Assembly (NCBI GenBank): GCA_030390025.1
Contig: CM059432.1
Coordinates: 88,228,001 to 88,292,000, forward strand
DNA length: 64,000 bases
Origin: Squalus acanthias
Lineage: Eukaryota
Direction: 5' to 3'
This document shows, piece after piece, positions 51,645 to 64,000 of the stretch. The notes under the pieces were generated by a model. It saw only the letters and a list, made by a program, of their open reading frames with translations, ran no database searches and was not told the origin of the DNA. The position numbers and the translations under genes are program-made. Positions within the stretch are counted from its first letter, which is position 1. Each line of letters starts with the position of its first letter.

Positions 51645-52083
51645 TACATCCAAGTACCTTTTACAACACTTCCTTTTGCAATTACTCAACTAACATTAAT
51701 ACCCATCCTTTGTTGTGCTGCTACTTTATTCTGCACAATCAGAAAGAAACCCTCTGCATAAAGATCAAATGCAGTGCAACCAATTTATTCACCTACTTTG
51801 TATCATGTGTCAGTGAGACTAATTTCTTATCCCATAGTTCTTTCCCTTAGTGCTGGTGTATTATGTGTGACTTCTAACTCCAAACCTGTGACTTTTCTAA
51901 GTGATTCACCAATGGAAGGAGTAAGTGTGCGTGCTGGCTGGCTGGTGGGTTTCAGTGAAAACCACTTGGGATTCTGTTGGCCCTATAACTCCTTGTGCTG
52001 GTTCCTGCGCTGCTACTGTAATAAAAACAGAAAATGCTGGAAATACTCAGCAGGTCAGGCAGCATCTGTGGAGAGAGAAACAG

Positions 52084-52120
52084 AGTTAATGTTTCAGGTC
52101 GATGACCCTTCGTCAGAACT
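52084..52120 (-). ncRNA. Hammerhead ribozyme motif (helix III likely CpG-decayed)
   Basis: agtt-CTGACGA-agggtcatcgacct-GAAAC-ATT-aact. Confidence 0.6.
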
Positions 52121-52373
52121 GGAAAAAGTTGGAGATGGAACAGATTTTTAAGCAAGTGCAGGGGCAGGGAAAGGGGGGAGGGGAGGAAAGAACAAAAGGG
52201 AAGGTCTGTGATAGGATGGAAGGCAGGAGAGATTAAGAGACATTAAGAGATGGTGCAAGGCAAAAGGAGATGGTAATGGGACAAGTTAAGAAACAAAAGA
52301 TGGCTCTAGATGAAGTGTAAATGGCAGAATGAAAGACAGCTGCCATGTGGGAGAGAGAAAAAAATATATTAAT

Positions 52374-53123
52374 GGCCCAGAAATTCCGATCGCAGGCCTC
52401 CCGCGGGCGGAGGGCTGTGATCTGGAAAAATCTGCGCCAAGACCGGAGGGCTCCCGGGAGGCGCAGAGTTCCATTGCTGGGCCTCTCCAAACTGCCGGTG
52501 CGCAGGGCCCACGTATCCCAGAGGTGCAGGCGGTTTGCAGCGTCCCTGGGATCACGTGGGCCATGGGGAGCCAATCAGAGAAGGGAATCTCCCTTCATAC
52601 ATTTGACAGATATATGTCAAATATATGAATAGATCACCCCCAAAACATAGTAAAACTTTAAATAATTTTTTTTTTAAATCACATTTTTAAAATGACTTTA
52701 AATTACAATAAATTAAGTATTTTAAACAAAATTTTATTTTTTGAAAAAGTACTTAAAGTTTTTAACAGGGCTAAAAATAAACTTACCTTTCTTTAAAGTC
52801 TTTTTAAATGATAAATCAGTGGAAATTAAAAAAAAAACTTTTTTCAACTCTTATCCTGGTAAAAGCAGGCCTTACACCTGTTTTTACCAGGCGTAAGAAT
52901 TGTAAGTGTTTTCTGCAGGCAGAGGGTCTCCCAAAAGCGGAACTCTCCGCCCGCAGAGGCCCTTCTCCAGGGCAGCTGGAGGATCTGTCAAGAGCTTTCT
53001 TGACAGATCGGAAATGCCGGTTTCCAGTGCATACGCAGTGCATGCCTGAAACCGGCATTTCCGATGTCCCTACGGTTGAGTACACAGCGCGTACCCACCT
53101 GTAGGGATCGGAATTTCTGCACC
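52374..53123. mobile_element. MITE family M1, second copy
   Basis: 18-bp TIRs GGCCCAGAAATTCCGATC and GATCGGAATTTCTGCACC; collinear with 6946-7707. Confidence 0.87.
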
Positions 53124-54484
53124 ATAATAAATAAAATAAATGGGAAAAAAAAGAATAGGGGCAGAGGTTATGGCCTGAAATTGTTGAACTCTATGTTGAG
53201 TCCAGAAGGCTGTAAAGTGCCTAATCGAAAGATGAGGTGCTGTTCCTCGAGCTTACATTGAGCTTCATTGGAACAGTGTAAGAGGCCGAGGACGGTGAGG
53301 TCTGAGTGGGAGTGGAGCAGAGAATTAAAGTGACAGGCGACCGGAAGCTCGGGGTCACCCTTACGGACTGAATGGAGGTGTTCCGCAAAGCGGTCACCCA
53401 ATCTGCATTTGGGCTCCCCAATGTAGAGGAGACCGCATCGTGAGCGGAGAATACAGTATACTAAATTGCAAGAAGTACAAGTAAATTGCTGTTTCACCTG
53501 GAAGGAGTGTTTGGGGCCCTGGACAGTGGGAAGGGTGGAGGTAAAAGGGCATGTGTTGCATCTCCTGCGCTTGCACGGGAAGGTGCCGGGCGAAAGGGAA
53601 GGGGTGTTGGGGGTGCTAGAGGAGTGGACCAGGGTGTCACAGAGGGAGTGGTCCCTTTAGAATGCTAAAAGGGGAGGTGAGGGGAAGATGTGATTGGTGG
53701 TGGGATCACGCTGGAGGTGGCGGAAATGGCGGAGGATGATCCGTTGAATATGGAGGCTGGTGGGGTGAAAGGTGAGGACAAGGGGAACCCTATCGTGGTT
53801 CCGGGAGGGAGGGGAAGGGGTGAGAGCAGAATTGCGGGAAATTGAATGGACACGGTCAAGGGCCGTGTCAACCACAGTAGAGGGGAATCCTCGGTTGAGG
53901 AAAAAGGAAGACATGTCGGAAGCACTGGTATGGAAGGTGGCATCGTCAGAGCAGATGCGGCGGAGACGGAGAAACTGGGAGAATGGAATAGAGTCCTTAC
54001 AGTGAGAGGAAGTGTAGTCCAGGTAGCTGTGGGAGTCAGTGGGCTTATAGTGAATGTTTGTCAATAGCCTATCCCCAGAGATGGAGACAGAGAAGTCGAG
54101 GAAGGGAAGGGAAGAGTCGGAGATGGACCATGTGAAGGTGAGGGAAGGGTGGAAATTGGAAGCAAAGTGAATGAAATTTTCTAGTTCAGGTCGAGAGCAG
54201 GAAACGGCACCGATACAGTCATCATGCGCTGCTACTGTGGCTCGCTGTCTACCTGCTTTCCCCAGCATGCCTATTGTCACTTATGCAGAGGTCAGATGTG
54301 GCATCAGCTTGAGAGACAGTTCCTTGATGAAGAGTTAAGATAAAGGGCTTAGGATTCATCTGGCGTCCTGGATGAATATTCTTGTCAGGGTATTAATCCC
54401 AGTGTTTGTACAATATATAAAATCATCTTAGTAAGGCTATTAAAAAATCAGGAAAATAGCTAAATAAGATTGGGAAATTTCATG

Positions 54485-54746
54485 GTAAAGAAATTTCTTC
54501 ACACAGAGGGTGGTGAATCTTTGGAATTCTCTACCCCAGAGGGCTGTGGAAGCTCAGTCATTGGGTATATTCAAAACAGAAGTCGATAGATTTCTGACTA
54601 GTAAGGGCATCAAGGGATATGGCGATAGGGCCGGTGAATAGAGTTGAGGCAAAAGATCAGCCATGATCTCATTGAATGGCAGAGCAGGCTCGAAGGGCCG
54701 AATGGCCTACTCCTGCTCCTATTTCTTATGTTCTTATGTTCTTATG
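54485..54746 (+). mobile_element. CR1 3' end
   Basis: FFTQRVVNLWNSLPQ; (TTCTTATG)n tail. Confidence 0.9.
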
Positions 54747-54941
54747 ATACACACACAAAAATTGCAAATGCAGGAAATATGAAATGCAGCCAGTTCCAAC
54801 AAAGGGTCTATGCTTTAAATGTTAACCTCTTCTTACAAACGTGATCCAATCTGTTGTCTATTTCTGGCCTTTTCTACTTTTATTTCATTATAAAAATTGA
54901 GATTTTTTCTTCCTTTCTGATTTTTTTCAATCAGGTTAATA

Positions 54942-55129
54942 ATCCTGAAGTTCCAGGGGAGGTTTTCCCGATCTCCCATCATAACTTTGCGGAGAGATTG
55001 GTGGAATCCTTTGAGAAATGACGCAAATGGTTGATAACGGCCATTTACGCTATTTCTCCAGGGGTTCCGCCGATCTCCCGCTGAAGTTAAGGCTGAAGAT
55101 TGAAAGAAGCCCTGTGGAATTTCGAGCCC
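54942..55129. mobile_element. Palindromic MITE
   Basis: Imperfect inverted arms around a centre at about 55030. Confidence 0.65.
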
Positions 55130-55844
55130 AATGTCCATTCAACTACTCTTGGATTTTACATGCAAATACCAATGAAACACCTTCAAACTTGAGGCAGTAA
55201 ATAGTGCAAAATGATACCATTTATGATGGCACTCTATGAAAATATGTTCAAAGTTTTTTTAAATGTGCTTATTATATGCACATGATTGGGTGCTATTAAA
55301 TCTTATTACAATTAAAGCCAAAATAATATTAAATTACTAAATCCCACAAAATGATTTCTAATATATTGTATGCCAGTACCAAAAATAGAAATAGTAGAAA
55401 AATGTCAAATTGCAATCAAAACTGTTAAGCCTTGTCCGCTGTGATTTTGTGACGAAGTGTTGAACAAAGATGCCAAGCAGAGGCCAGGGCACTTTCATGT
55501 CGGAAGGAAAAGAGATCGAAGTACTTGTCATCCTGGTTTTCTCTTCCTTATAGAATGATATACTTGATTGGGAGTTGGTCTCCAAGCTCTTGTCTCCATG
55601 TAGATGATGCTTGGATAGGCTTCAAAGAATAAGGGAACTCATTTTTTTTAACTTACAAGAAATAAAAATGATTAAACAAATTAAACATTTGGCTTCCATT
55701 TGGAGGAAATTGACTTCAATTGAAGGTTTGCAGACAGAGAACACTGCACAGAAAGCCTCACAGCAGTGATTTGCTGCATCCTGGGTGGACATAACAATAA
55801 AGAGTTGGTTCCAAAACACCTTCTGTCATCTGATACAAAACAAC

Positions 55845-56596
55845 AGGGGAGACGGGTCAGGTGAGGGGAAATTTAGAAATCTAAAGAGAAAAGTCAAGGC
55901 AATAGAACAGTGTAGCAATTTGGGTAAAGATAAGTAGAGTGTGATAGGAAGGGACAGAGAGTTTAATGTTAATAGTGCACCAGCGAATAAGGTGAAAGCA
56001 GGGAATAATGGTAAAAAGTTTAAATTAAAGACTCTTTATCTGAATGCACAAAGCATTCATAACAAGATAGATGAATTAATAGCACAAATAGAGATAAATG
56101 GGCTTGATCTAATAGCCATTACAGAGACGTGGTTGCAAGGGAACCAAGGTTGGGAACTAAATATTCCAGGGTACTTGACGTTTCAAAAAGACAGGCAGAA
56201 TGGAAAAGGAGGGGGGGTGGGACAGCCCAGATAATAAAGGATGACATAAAGACAGATGCAGAAGTTAAGGATAGTATTAGATTAAGAGAAGAGGCTTAAA
56301 ATGTTGCGAAGAATAATAGTAAGCCTGAGGATTGGGAGAGCTTTAGAAACCAGCAAAGGATGACCAAAAACATTGATAAAAAGGAAGAAAATGAGAGTAA
56401 ACTAGCATGAAATATAAAAACAGATTGTAAGAGCTTCTACAAGTATGTAAAAAGGAAGAGAGTAGCAAAAGTAGGCGTTCTAAAAGAGGTGGTTGCAGAG
56501 ATAGTGGATGCATTGGTTGTGATCTTCCAAAATTCCCTGGATTCTAGAACAGTCTCAGCGGATTGGAAGGTAGCAAATGTAACACCGCTATTCAAA
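55845..56596 (+). mobile_element. CR1 ORF2 fragments with multiple internal deletions
   Basis: LYLNAQSI..AITETWLQG..GGGV; IFQNSLD..DWKVANVTPLFK. Confidence 0.88.
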
Positions 56597-57354
56597 ATTT
56601 CTGTTAATTCAGTGGTAGCTATGTTCGTAGATCAAATTATAGAACTGCTCCAAATAGCCCATTTTTATTGATTGTTGCAATCAAAAATAGCAACAAACAT
56701 TAAACATAGATCTACAATGCACAACACTGTCTTCAAACAGTATTTTTACTATCTTGTTAGCATGCTTTTTAGTATCAGCATGAATTCCAATAGCTTCGAT
56801 AGGGAGCATTTTTTTCATAATTTTAAAGATGTTGGTGATTGTATGGAAATCTCTGTAAGGCATCAGAATCCCTGTGTAGATGAGATCTTAACGAGGCTGC
56901 AGTTTCCTCCACCCACTAGAAATGTGACAGGGCAAGACTTCCACCCACCCATGTGACACCACTGGAAACCCGTCTTAATTTCCTGATGGGTCACATTTTA
57001 TACACAGGATGGATTTTCAGCAGTCCTCCCATTTCTGATTTCTTATCGCCATTGAGAGAGGGGAAATACAGTGCAGCCGAAATGTTTTAAAGGCTGCAGC
57101 CTATGACCAAGGCCATTACTTCAAAGTGATCGAATAAGTTAAAATCCTTTTTATTATATTGGATTTCAGGGTTTGTATTAGTATTTTTGATCACATTTTG
57201 CAATTCAGGTTTTTTTTCTGTGAAATGTTGCTTTTCATTCAACCCTACCCCAAACTATTTCTCACTCTCTCCATCATTATTCAGTAAATCCTCCACATAA
57301 TTTAAAGCTGGAACATCAGTCTGACCAGTCAGAGAATATGAGGAGGTGTACATC

Positions 57355-58097
57355 GATAATGTTGGTGTTTAGAGAGATTTGGGTGTCCTTGTGCAAGAAA
57401 CACAGAAAGCGAGCATGCAGGTACAGCAAGCAATAAGGAAGGCAAATGGCATGTTGGCCTTTATTGCAAGGGGATTGGAGTATAAGAGTAAGGAGGTCTT
57501 GCTACAATTGTACAGGGCCTTGGTGAGACCACACCTGGAGTACTGTGCACAGTTCTGGTCTCCTTATCTAAGGAAGGATATACTTGCCTTGGAGATGGTG
57601 CAACGAAGATTCACTAGATTGATTCCTGGGATGAGAGTGCTGTCCTATGATGAGAGATTGTGTAGAATGGGCCTATACTCTCTGGAGTTTAGGAGAATGA
57701 GAGGTGATCTCATTGAAACATGCAAGATTCTGAAGGGGATTGACAGGGTAAATGCTGAGAGGTTGTTTACCCTGGCTGGAGTGTCTAGAAATAGGGGGCA
57801 TAGTCTCAGGATAAGGGGTAGGCCATTTAAGACTGAGATGAGGAGGAATTTCTTCACTCAGAGGGTTGTGAATCTTTGGAATTCTCTGCCCCAGAGGGCT
57901 GTGAATGCTGAGTCTTTGAGTATATTCAAGGCTGAGATAGATAGATTTTTGGACTCATGGGAAATCAAGGGATATGGAGATCGGGCGGGAAAGTGGAGTT
58001 GAGGTCAATGATCAGCCATGATCTTATTGAATGACGGAGCAGGCTCGAGGGGCTGTATGGCTTAATCCTGCTCCTATTTCTTATGTTCTTATGTTCT
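57355..58097 (+). mobile_element. CR1 3' fragment
   Basis: 207-aa open ORF2 C-terminus plus tail. Confidence 0.95.
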
Positions 58098-58242
58098 AGG
58101 AGAGGAAAGTGAGTTAGGAAGCCAAATTATCAATTAAATTCAGGATTTCAAGGCAAGTTATTGGGAAGATTGCAAAAGGCACAAAAGAATCAGTAAGCCA
58201 GCAAAAGTAATCACCATGAACTGAAGTCAGACCAACATTATA

Positions 58243-58642
58243 GGGTTGATTTTAACCCTGTCTGCCCAGCGGGAAGAGATGCTGGGGCCAGAAGAGCCCC
58301 AAAACGATAGGCGGTTTTCCTTTAGTACTTTTAGTAAACCCTCTCCCTCCATCCTGCTACCCCAAGGACTACTGTCTGGCTTCACCTGGTAATCCTGGGG
58401 ATTGGTGGTAAGAGGGGCAGGCAGAAGGAAAATGGGCCACGAACCTGGGCTTGGCTCCCTGCTGACATTTCCAATTCTGCGGGCAGGGATGTGATGGCCA
58501 GTAGTGGATCCGACAGAGGCAAGAGGAGAAAAATTAAAGTTGGAGCGGGGAGGTGGCTGTAGGCCTCGACACCTGATTTTCCTGCTGCTTTTGCCGCTAT
58601 TCTGGCCAATTTTAAGTGGGACAGCAGAGGTAAATTCAGCCT
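58243..58642. mobile_element. Probable Harbinger-like MITE
   Basis: GGGTTGATTTTAACC and GGTAAATTCAGCC termini. Confidence 0.5.
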
Positions 58643-59081
58643 TTAGTATACCATGTTACCAAACAGTGGAAGTGGGCCCTAACTTTGGGTCCAGGCCGGG
58701 ATCGTGGGCTGGGTCTCTGAAGGCAAAGAGAGCTGCTGGGGGCACATGTAAGTTCTTTCTATGGAGGGAACACAGCATCTCCTCCCAGAACCACTGTTAT
58801 GCCAGACTTTCTGGCATGTTGGGACAGGTCATAGAAGCACCCCTAGACGCTAGGATGTCCACCATGCACATGCAAAACGGAGGATCTCTCCCTGATGTGG
58901 GCAACATTGGTGTGGTCAATGGTGGAGGTCACCCGGGCTAAGTGTCAGAATGTGCCATTGTCTCACAGATGTTTCATCGCACTCTGCACATAGACCACTT
59001 TGCCTTTAGATCAGTCTATTTCTGTTTGGACCTTATAGGTATAGTTGTTAGATTGGGACAGGACTCATAAACTCTCACATA

Positions 59082-59646
59082 GCAACATAGGAACAGGAGT
59101 AGGTCATTCAGCCCCTCAAGCCTGTTCCTCCATTCAATGAGATCATGGCTGATCTGCGATCTAACTCCATTTAACCACCTTTGGCCCATATCCCTTAATA
59201 CCTTTGGTTAACAAAAAGCTATCAATCTCTGATTTAAAATTAACAATTGATCTAGCATCAAATTGCCATTTGCGGAAGAGAGTTCCAAACTTCTACCACC
59301 CTTTGTGTGTAGAAGTGTTTCCTAATTTCACTCCTGAAAGGTCTGGTTCTAATTTTTAGACTGTGCCCCCTAGTCCTGGACTCCCCAACCAGTGGAAATA
59401 GTTTCTCTCTATCTACCCTATCTGTTCCCCTTAATAGCCTGAAAACTTTGATCAGATCACCCCTTAACCATCTAAATTCTATGGAACACAACCCTAATTT
59501 GTGTAATCTCTCCTCGTAACTTAACCCTTGAAGTCCGGATATCATTTTGGTAAACCTACACTGCACTCCCTCCAAGGCCAATATATCCTTCCTAAGGTGT
59601 GGTGCTCAGAACTGCTCACAGTACTCCAGGTGTAATCTAACCAGGA
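59082..59646 (-). mobile_element. CR1 3' fragment
   Basis: ALEGVQCRFTKMI..FYTQRVVEVWNSLPQ; same subfamily as 47924-48438. Confidence 0.92.
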
Positions 59647-60337
59647 TTAAGATTTATATTTGTTATTGTTATTCTCGATCACTGAGGATGTGTTCCCCGT
59701 GCTGAGGCTTGCTAGATGGGAGCACAGGTCGGAGACAAGGTTACAAGATTGTAGCACCAATTCTCCAACGTGCGCTCCTGCCTCATGAAGTTTACAGGTG
59801 CTTGTGCAGCCTCAGTGAATTGACCCTTGTATTTGAATATATAAAACCTGTTTATAATAATTATGTAAGCAGGGTCCTTTTTGGGGTCGAGGTAGCTTCA
59901 AGCTGATACAACTGCTGATGGAAGTTCTGAATCAAGTTAGGCATCTTGATTACAGTCTCGTGATACCTGAGACAGGCAGGTCCACAGTACTCCAGTGTAC
60001 TTTTGATGATTGACCAGCCAGGCTAACACACTGAACCTGAAGATGTAGACTTATCACTGTAGGCTAGCTTCCTTCCCACTCAGCTCCAGATAATCCTGCT
60101 GATCAATGCTCCTGAACAAGCAGCTGGAAGCTTATCAGTGATCTGTGCTGATGAGCTATGCAGTTTTAGCTGGTTAAGCTCCAGTAATACTCTTGTGCAT
60201 ACTTCCGGTCTCTAAGCTTTGACTCTGGCAATCTGTGCCTGAGGCCTCTGGACTTTGGTCAGTGGGGCTTGTCCCTACAGGGAGCGAGTTTGGGGTTTAT
60301 GAGATTTTGAGATTTTTATTCCATTCTGGGCAAACAG

Positions 60338-60511
60338 AAGGTAATTTTGACTTTTGGCAATAGTGTAAAAGGGGTGATATCGAATCAACCGTCCAGTATA
60401 CATCCCTCCCGATTTTCATTTTCAGTGAATGGAAATCGGAAGAGATGTATAGCGGGTGGCTTATCCGATATTGTCCATTTTACAATATCGGCCAAAATCA
60501 AAATTACCCCC
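60338..60511. mobile_element. Fully palindromic MITE
   Basis: ggtaattttga..tcaaaattacc with about 75-bp imperfect arms. Confidence 0.82.
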
Positions 60512-63209
60512 CTACCTGTGTGGATTTCTGAATAGCTTGGATCGGAGTCTCTTAAGCACGGTGATGGATTTTTGTTTGTATCAGGTACCTGGCTGACCAT
60601 TAAAAAAAATACTGATTATCGAGAATGAGTGCCCGTTCTTGAGTGTCTCTACCTTTGAGTCATTTTATAAATGTTTAATAATCAAATAACTCACAAAGAC
60701 ATTCCATTGTGCATTGTGCACAGTCCGTAGAGATCAACAATGATCCTCTGTTCACATTTTGGTTGCAGCAGGCATCAAAACCGGTGTGATTTTACTACTC
60801 ATGGTGGCAACAAGGGCAGCTCAGTGGAAAGCTTAGATTTTTCATGGAAAACTTTCACAGGGTAACTACTTTAAAAAACATTTTTTTTCTTAATTATCTA
60901 TAGGGAACTGCAGCCTTCCAAGTCAGAAAACATGGACTGAAAAGATGCTGTGTCGATGTGCTTTGATAGTAATTCAATAAAATCAAGGTGCTGTGGGGGA
61001 TATTGACTCTTTAAGCTGGTTGTTTTTAATGGCTGAGAGCTGAAAAGTCCCTTCTCCCACTGGCCCTGGCGCTTACTCAACCAGATCTTTGCAAACAGTT
61101 AGATCAGGCACAGTTACCACTCCATTTCTCTGCAGTCAAAACTTATCATCAAAAAGGAGCCCTTTCTTTGGAGCATAAGGTAAAATCAGAACCATTAGCT
61201 ACCAAAGCCAAACTTTTCAGGGTCATAATATATTTTCACATGAATTTCATAATGTATAAAGAAAAGGTAAGCTCAGCAAAATATAGGTTGTATGCCCAGG
61301 GGATCATTTTAGATTTCAGTATACTTCCAAAAATAAACAGTGTGGGTTTATGTATGTTCTCAGCTTCTGTCAGAGTTGCTAAAATCTTGGCATGAAATGT
61401 TTGAGACTGAGCTGTTTTTCTTAACTGATCTGGACAAAGTAGAATGGTAATAAATCTTGCTTAAAAACATTGGATTCAAAACTTGTGTTTGTTTTTCTTC
61501 CAACTCCAAGCAGGTTGATCAATTTAAGCTGTGATTTCAATGGAATCGGACATCATTTTCTGAGAATCAGCTTGTTTCTACCAGCTGATCCAACAAGTAG
61601 AAAATTGCTGAAAATTCATTTATTAGGGACACCAAAGGTGCAATACTTGACCTGGTCCATATCATACAAGCAACAGCTTATACTCACAATGGGTCCCTCA
61701 GACATCACCTAGCTATGAGGAAGGAATGGGAATGTTAATTTACTATAGTCTCTTCAGAGAGGTTTCAGACTGTTGGGAGTGACCCACCACTGGAGTGCTC
61801 CCTTAGTTTCTCTCCTGCTGCAGCAAACCCATAATCGAGTGCTGTGAAAAAAAAGGAGATATGGAAGAATGGAGACAGAAAGAGAAAAAGAAAAAGGCAA
61901 TGATAGAAAAAGAGAGAAAGACAGGGAAAAGAGGAGAATCGCTGGGGCCTAAATTCAACATTATTACGCCTATTTCACAGACATAGAATGGGTGCAATGA
62001 TGAAAATTTAGCAGAGCGACGACCCCTGCCGAATGTGCACATGTGTCCGCGCCACCGCAAATTTGTCCAGGCCTTTTATTAGGCAGCCCTGGTGTCCACC
62101 TGAAATGACCACAGTATGCATTTCATTATCGAAGTTAGGGTCCAACGCCCATTTTCATGAAATTTGTTCAACCTAGCCGGAGTTTGCGCCTAACCAACAG
62201 TTCTTTTTAACTTACCTTAATGTGGAGCCAGGAAGAGCAGAACTGTTTCTCTTGCCTCCACAATAATACTAGGGGCTGCTGCTGTCCACAACTGAGAAAA
62301 ATCTGCTCCTGTATTTCAGTCAAATACATCAGATGTTAATTACATATGATGTTTGAGTAAAATGGAATGGTTTGACTCATTGATCTGTATGAAATAATTT
62401 GAATGACCTGTTCGACAGGTCCCCATCCAAACAGAATGGCAGCAATCAAACTAGTCAGATGGTGGCATTCCTGAGCGATGCATGTTTCTGCCTTGTCCTG
62501 AGGTGTGAAAACTAGCTCAGCTGTTAATTATTTCTGTGCAACTTGCAGAAACCACTAGCAGTGTCTTAACCCTGTACATGCTGTAACCAGCAAGAAAGGC
62601 ACCAAGAATTTATGTAACATAGACAAATATGCTACATTTTTGTCACAGTGGAATACACTGCCCAGACTCACACATGAGCCATGGTCATTTAGGTGAGGGG
62701 TCAGAGAGCACCCATCAAACTGTATGACTCATCAGCCTAGATTTCCTCAGTAAAACTGCCCATTTTCGAGCAGTTTAATGGTGGTAAACTAAGAAACATG
62801 AGGCGGGGAGGCATTCCGCTGAAACGATCCCCCAAAAACAGCCTGTCAAAATTTTCCACAAGTGAATTCACCAGTCATTGAGGCCACCTGCACTGCATGT
62901 CAGGTCAGTGTGATTTACTTGACCCCGTGATTTTCCTTGCTTTCTACCCCTATACTGCCCTCAGGAAATGCCACTACAAAGGTGGCATTGTGAAGCCCAA
63001 CACAGTGTCCCAGAGGCAGGAGAGCAGAGCAGAGGCCATAGCTTCACACCGTACTTTAAACCTGCAGGTTTTTAACAGACTGAGAGACTGTGATTTTTGG
63101 AGCCATTTTACATCTTAGTAATACAGAAGTTTAGAGCGAATGCTAAAAGAAATGAAAACTTTTTAGGGAAATATTGGTTTTCCCTATAGAAACACCCTTG
63201 TACATGTGT

Positions 63210-64000
63210 TATGAGGAGAAAGATGAGGAGGACATGGAGGTGGACAGGATGTTAACGAGGGGAGTGCGGCATCTTAGAAGGTGTCAACATCTGACCCATT
63301 GATACTCCCTCCACAGGATACACTGACCTCAGAGGTCACACCTTAACTTTTCCCAGCGGCAGTGTGTTGGAAAGCTGTGCTTCCCCCTTGGAGGCTACTG
63401 GGCAGCTATGACAGCTGCCGGCTGCAAACTTGCAGCCCACGTCACCAAGGAGCACAGCCTTGTCAGTGACTGTTAAAGTGACCACAGAGCTGAATGTCAA
63501 TGTCTCTCAGTCCTTCTCGGCAATCTCTGGTGACCTTAGCCAGATCAATCAATCCTCTGTGCAGCGCTGTATTAAGAAGGTCACAGATGTAGGGGTATCA
63601 ATTTATCACCTTCACTATTGATCCTGCCAAGCAAGGAGAGCAAGCCGTCAACTTTAGTAGACTATAAATAATCCTGCAGGTACAGGGTGTTGTTGAGGGT
63701 ACTCATGTAGCATTGAAGACACTGTAAGAGAGCCCTCAGTTTTATCAACAAGCAGGGATTTCATTCTACTAAGCTAGCCTACGATGCCAATCACATGATT
63801 TTGTATGTGAATGTGTGTGACGCAGAAAGCTGCCCTGATTCATTTGTACTTTGGAAATCAACAATACCTGCATTGTTGAGCCATCACACTGTGTGGGGTT
63901 GGTTGATTAAGGATATCTTCTGCAGGCCTGGCTGACGACATTTCTTTGACAGCAGACAATATGCTTCTCACCATCACTAGGAGTCAGCTCCGAGTGCCTG
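63210..64000 (+). pseudogene. HARBI1-like transposase relic
   Basis: LQPTSPRSTALSVTVKVTT..SGDLSQINQSSVQRCIKKVTD..QVQGVVEGTHVALK..FINKQGFHS. Confidence 0.8.

Larger units (their letters stand above)
52020..54225 (-). mobile_element. Penelope-like element (second family): RT C-terminus, GIY-YIG, pLTR
   Basis: DDCIG..LPFLD..YKPTDSHSYL; LVYCI..LYIGE..RFAEHL..GLN. Confidence 0.94.

Noticed and set aside
55400..55830. Host exons (also candidates at about 27370-27600, 28000-28090, 38027-38127 and 60900-61130)
   Set aside because: Splice-like signals exist, but there is no recognisable protein and no consistent chain of in-phase exons.

Overview
Eukaryotic, repeat-dominated genomic DNA, most likely from a cartilaginous fish (inferred from the mix of CR1 and L2 LINEs, Deu-domain SINEs and Penelope elements; not verified by search). 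I recognised no host protein-coding exon. The dominant signal is a cluster of at least eight PIF/Harbinger-type DNA transposon derivatives, about 3 kb where complete. The better-preserved ones share one layout: TIR, a three-exon Myb/SANT-like (MSANTD/NAIF1-type) gene, a convergent HARBI1-like transposase, TIR. In these copies the Myb gene is retained while the transposase is collapsed to roughly 150-500 bp. One Myb gene (33271-31306, minus strand) has perfect splice sites and a single nonsense codon in about 488 codons. Separate decayed transposase relics, many GG-terminated MITEs (two related copies have conserved internal hairpins), a Tigger-like MITE, two Penelope families with minimal hammerhead ribozyme motifs, and a young CR1 with an uninterrupted EN-RT frame make up most of the rest. 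Coordinates of decayed elements are approximate.
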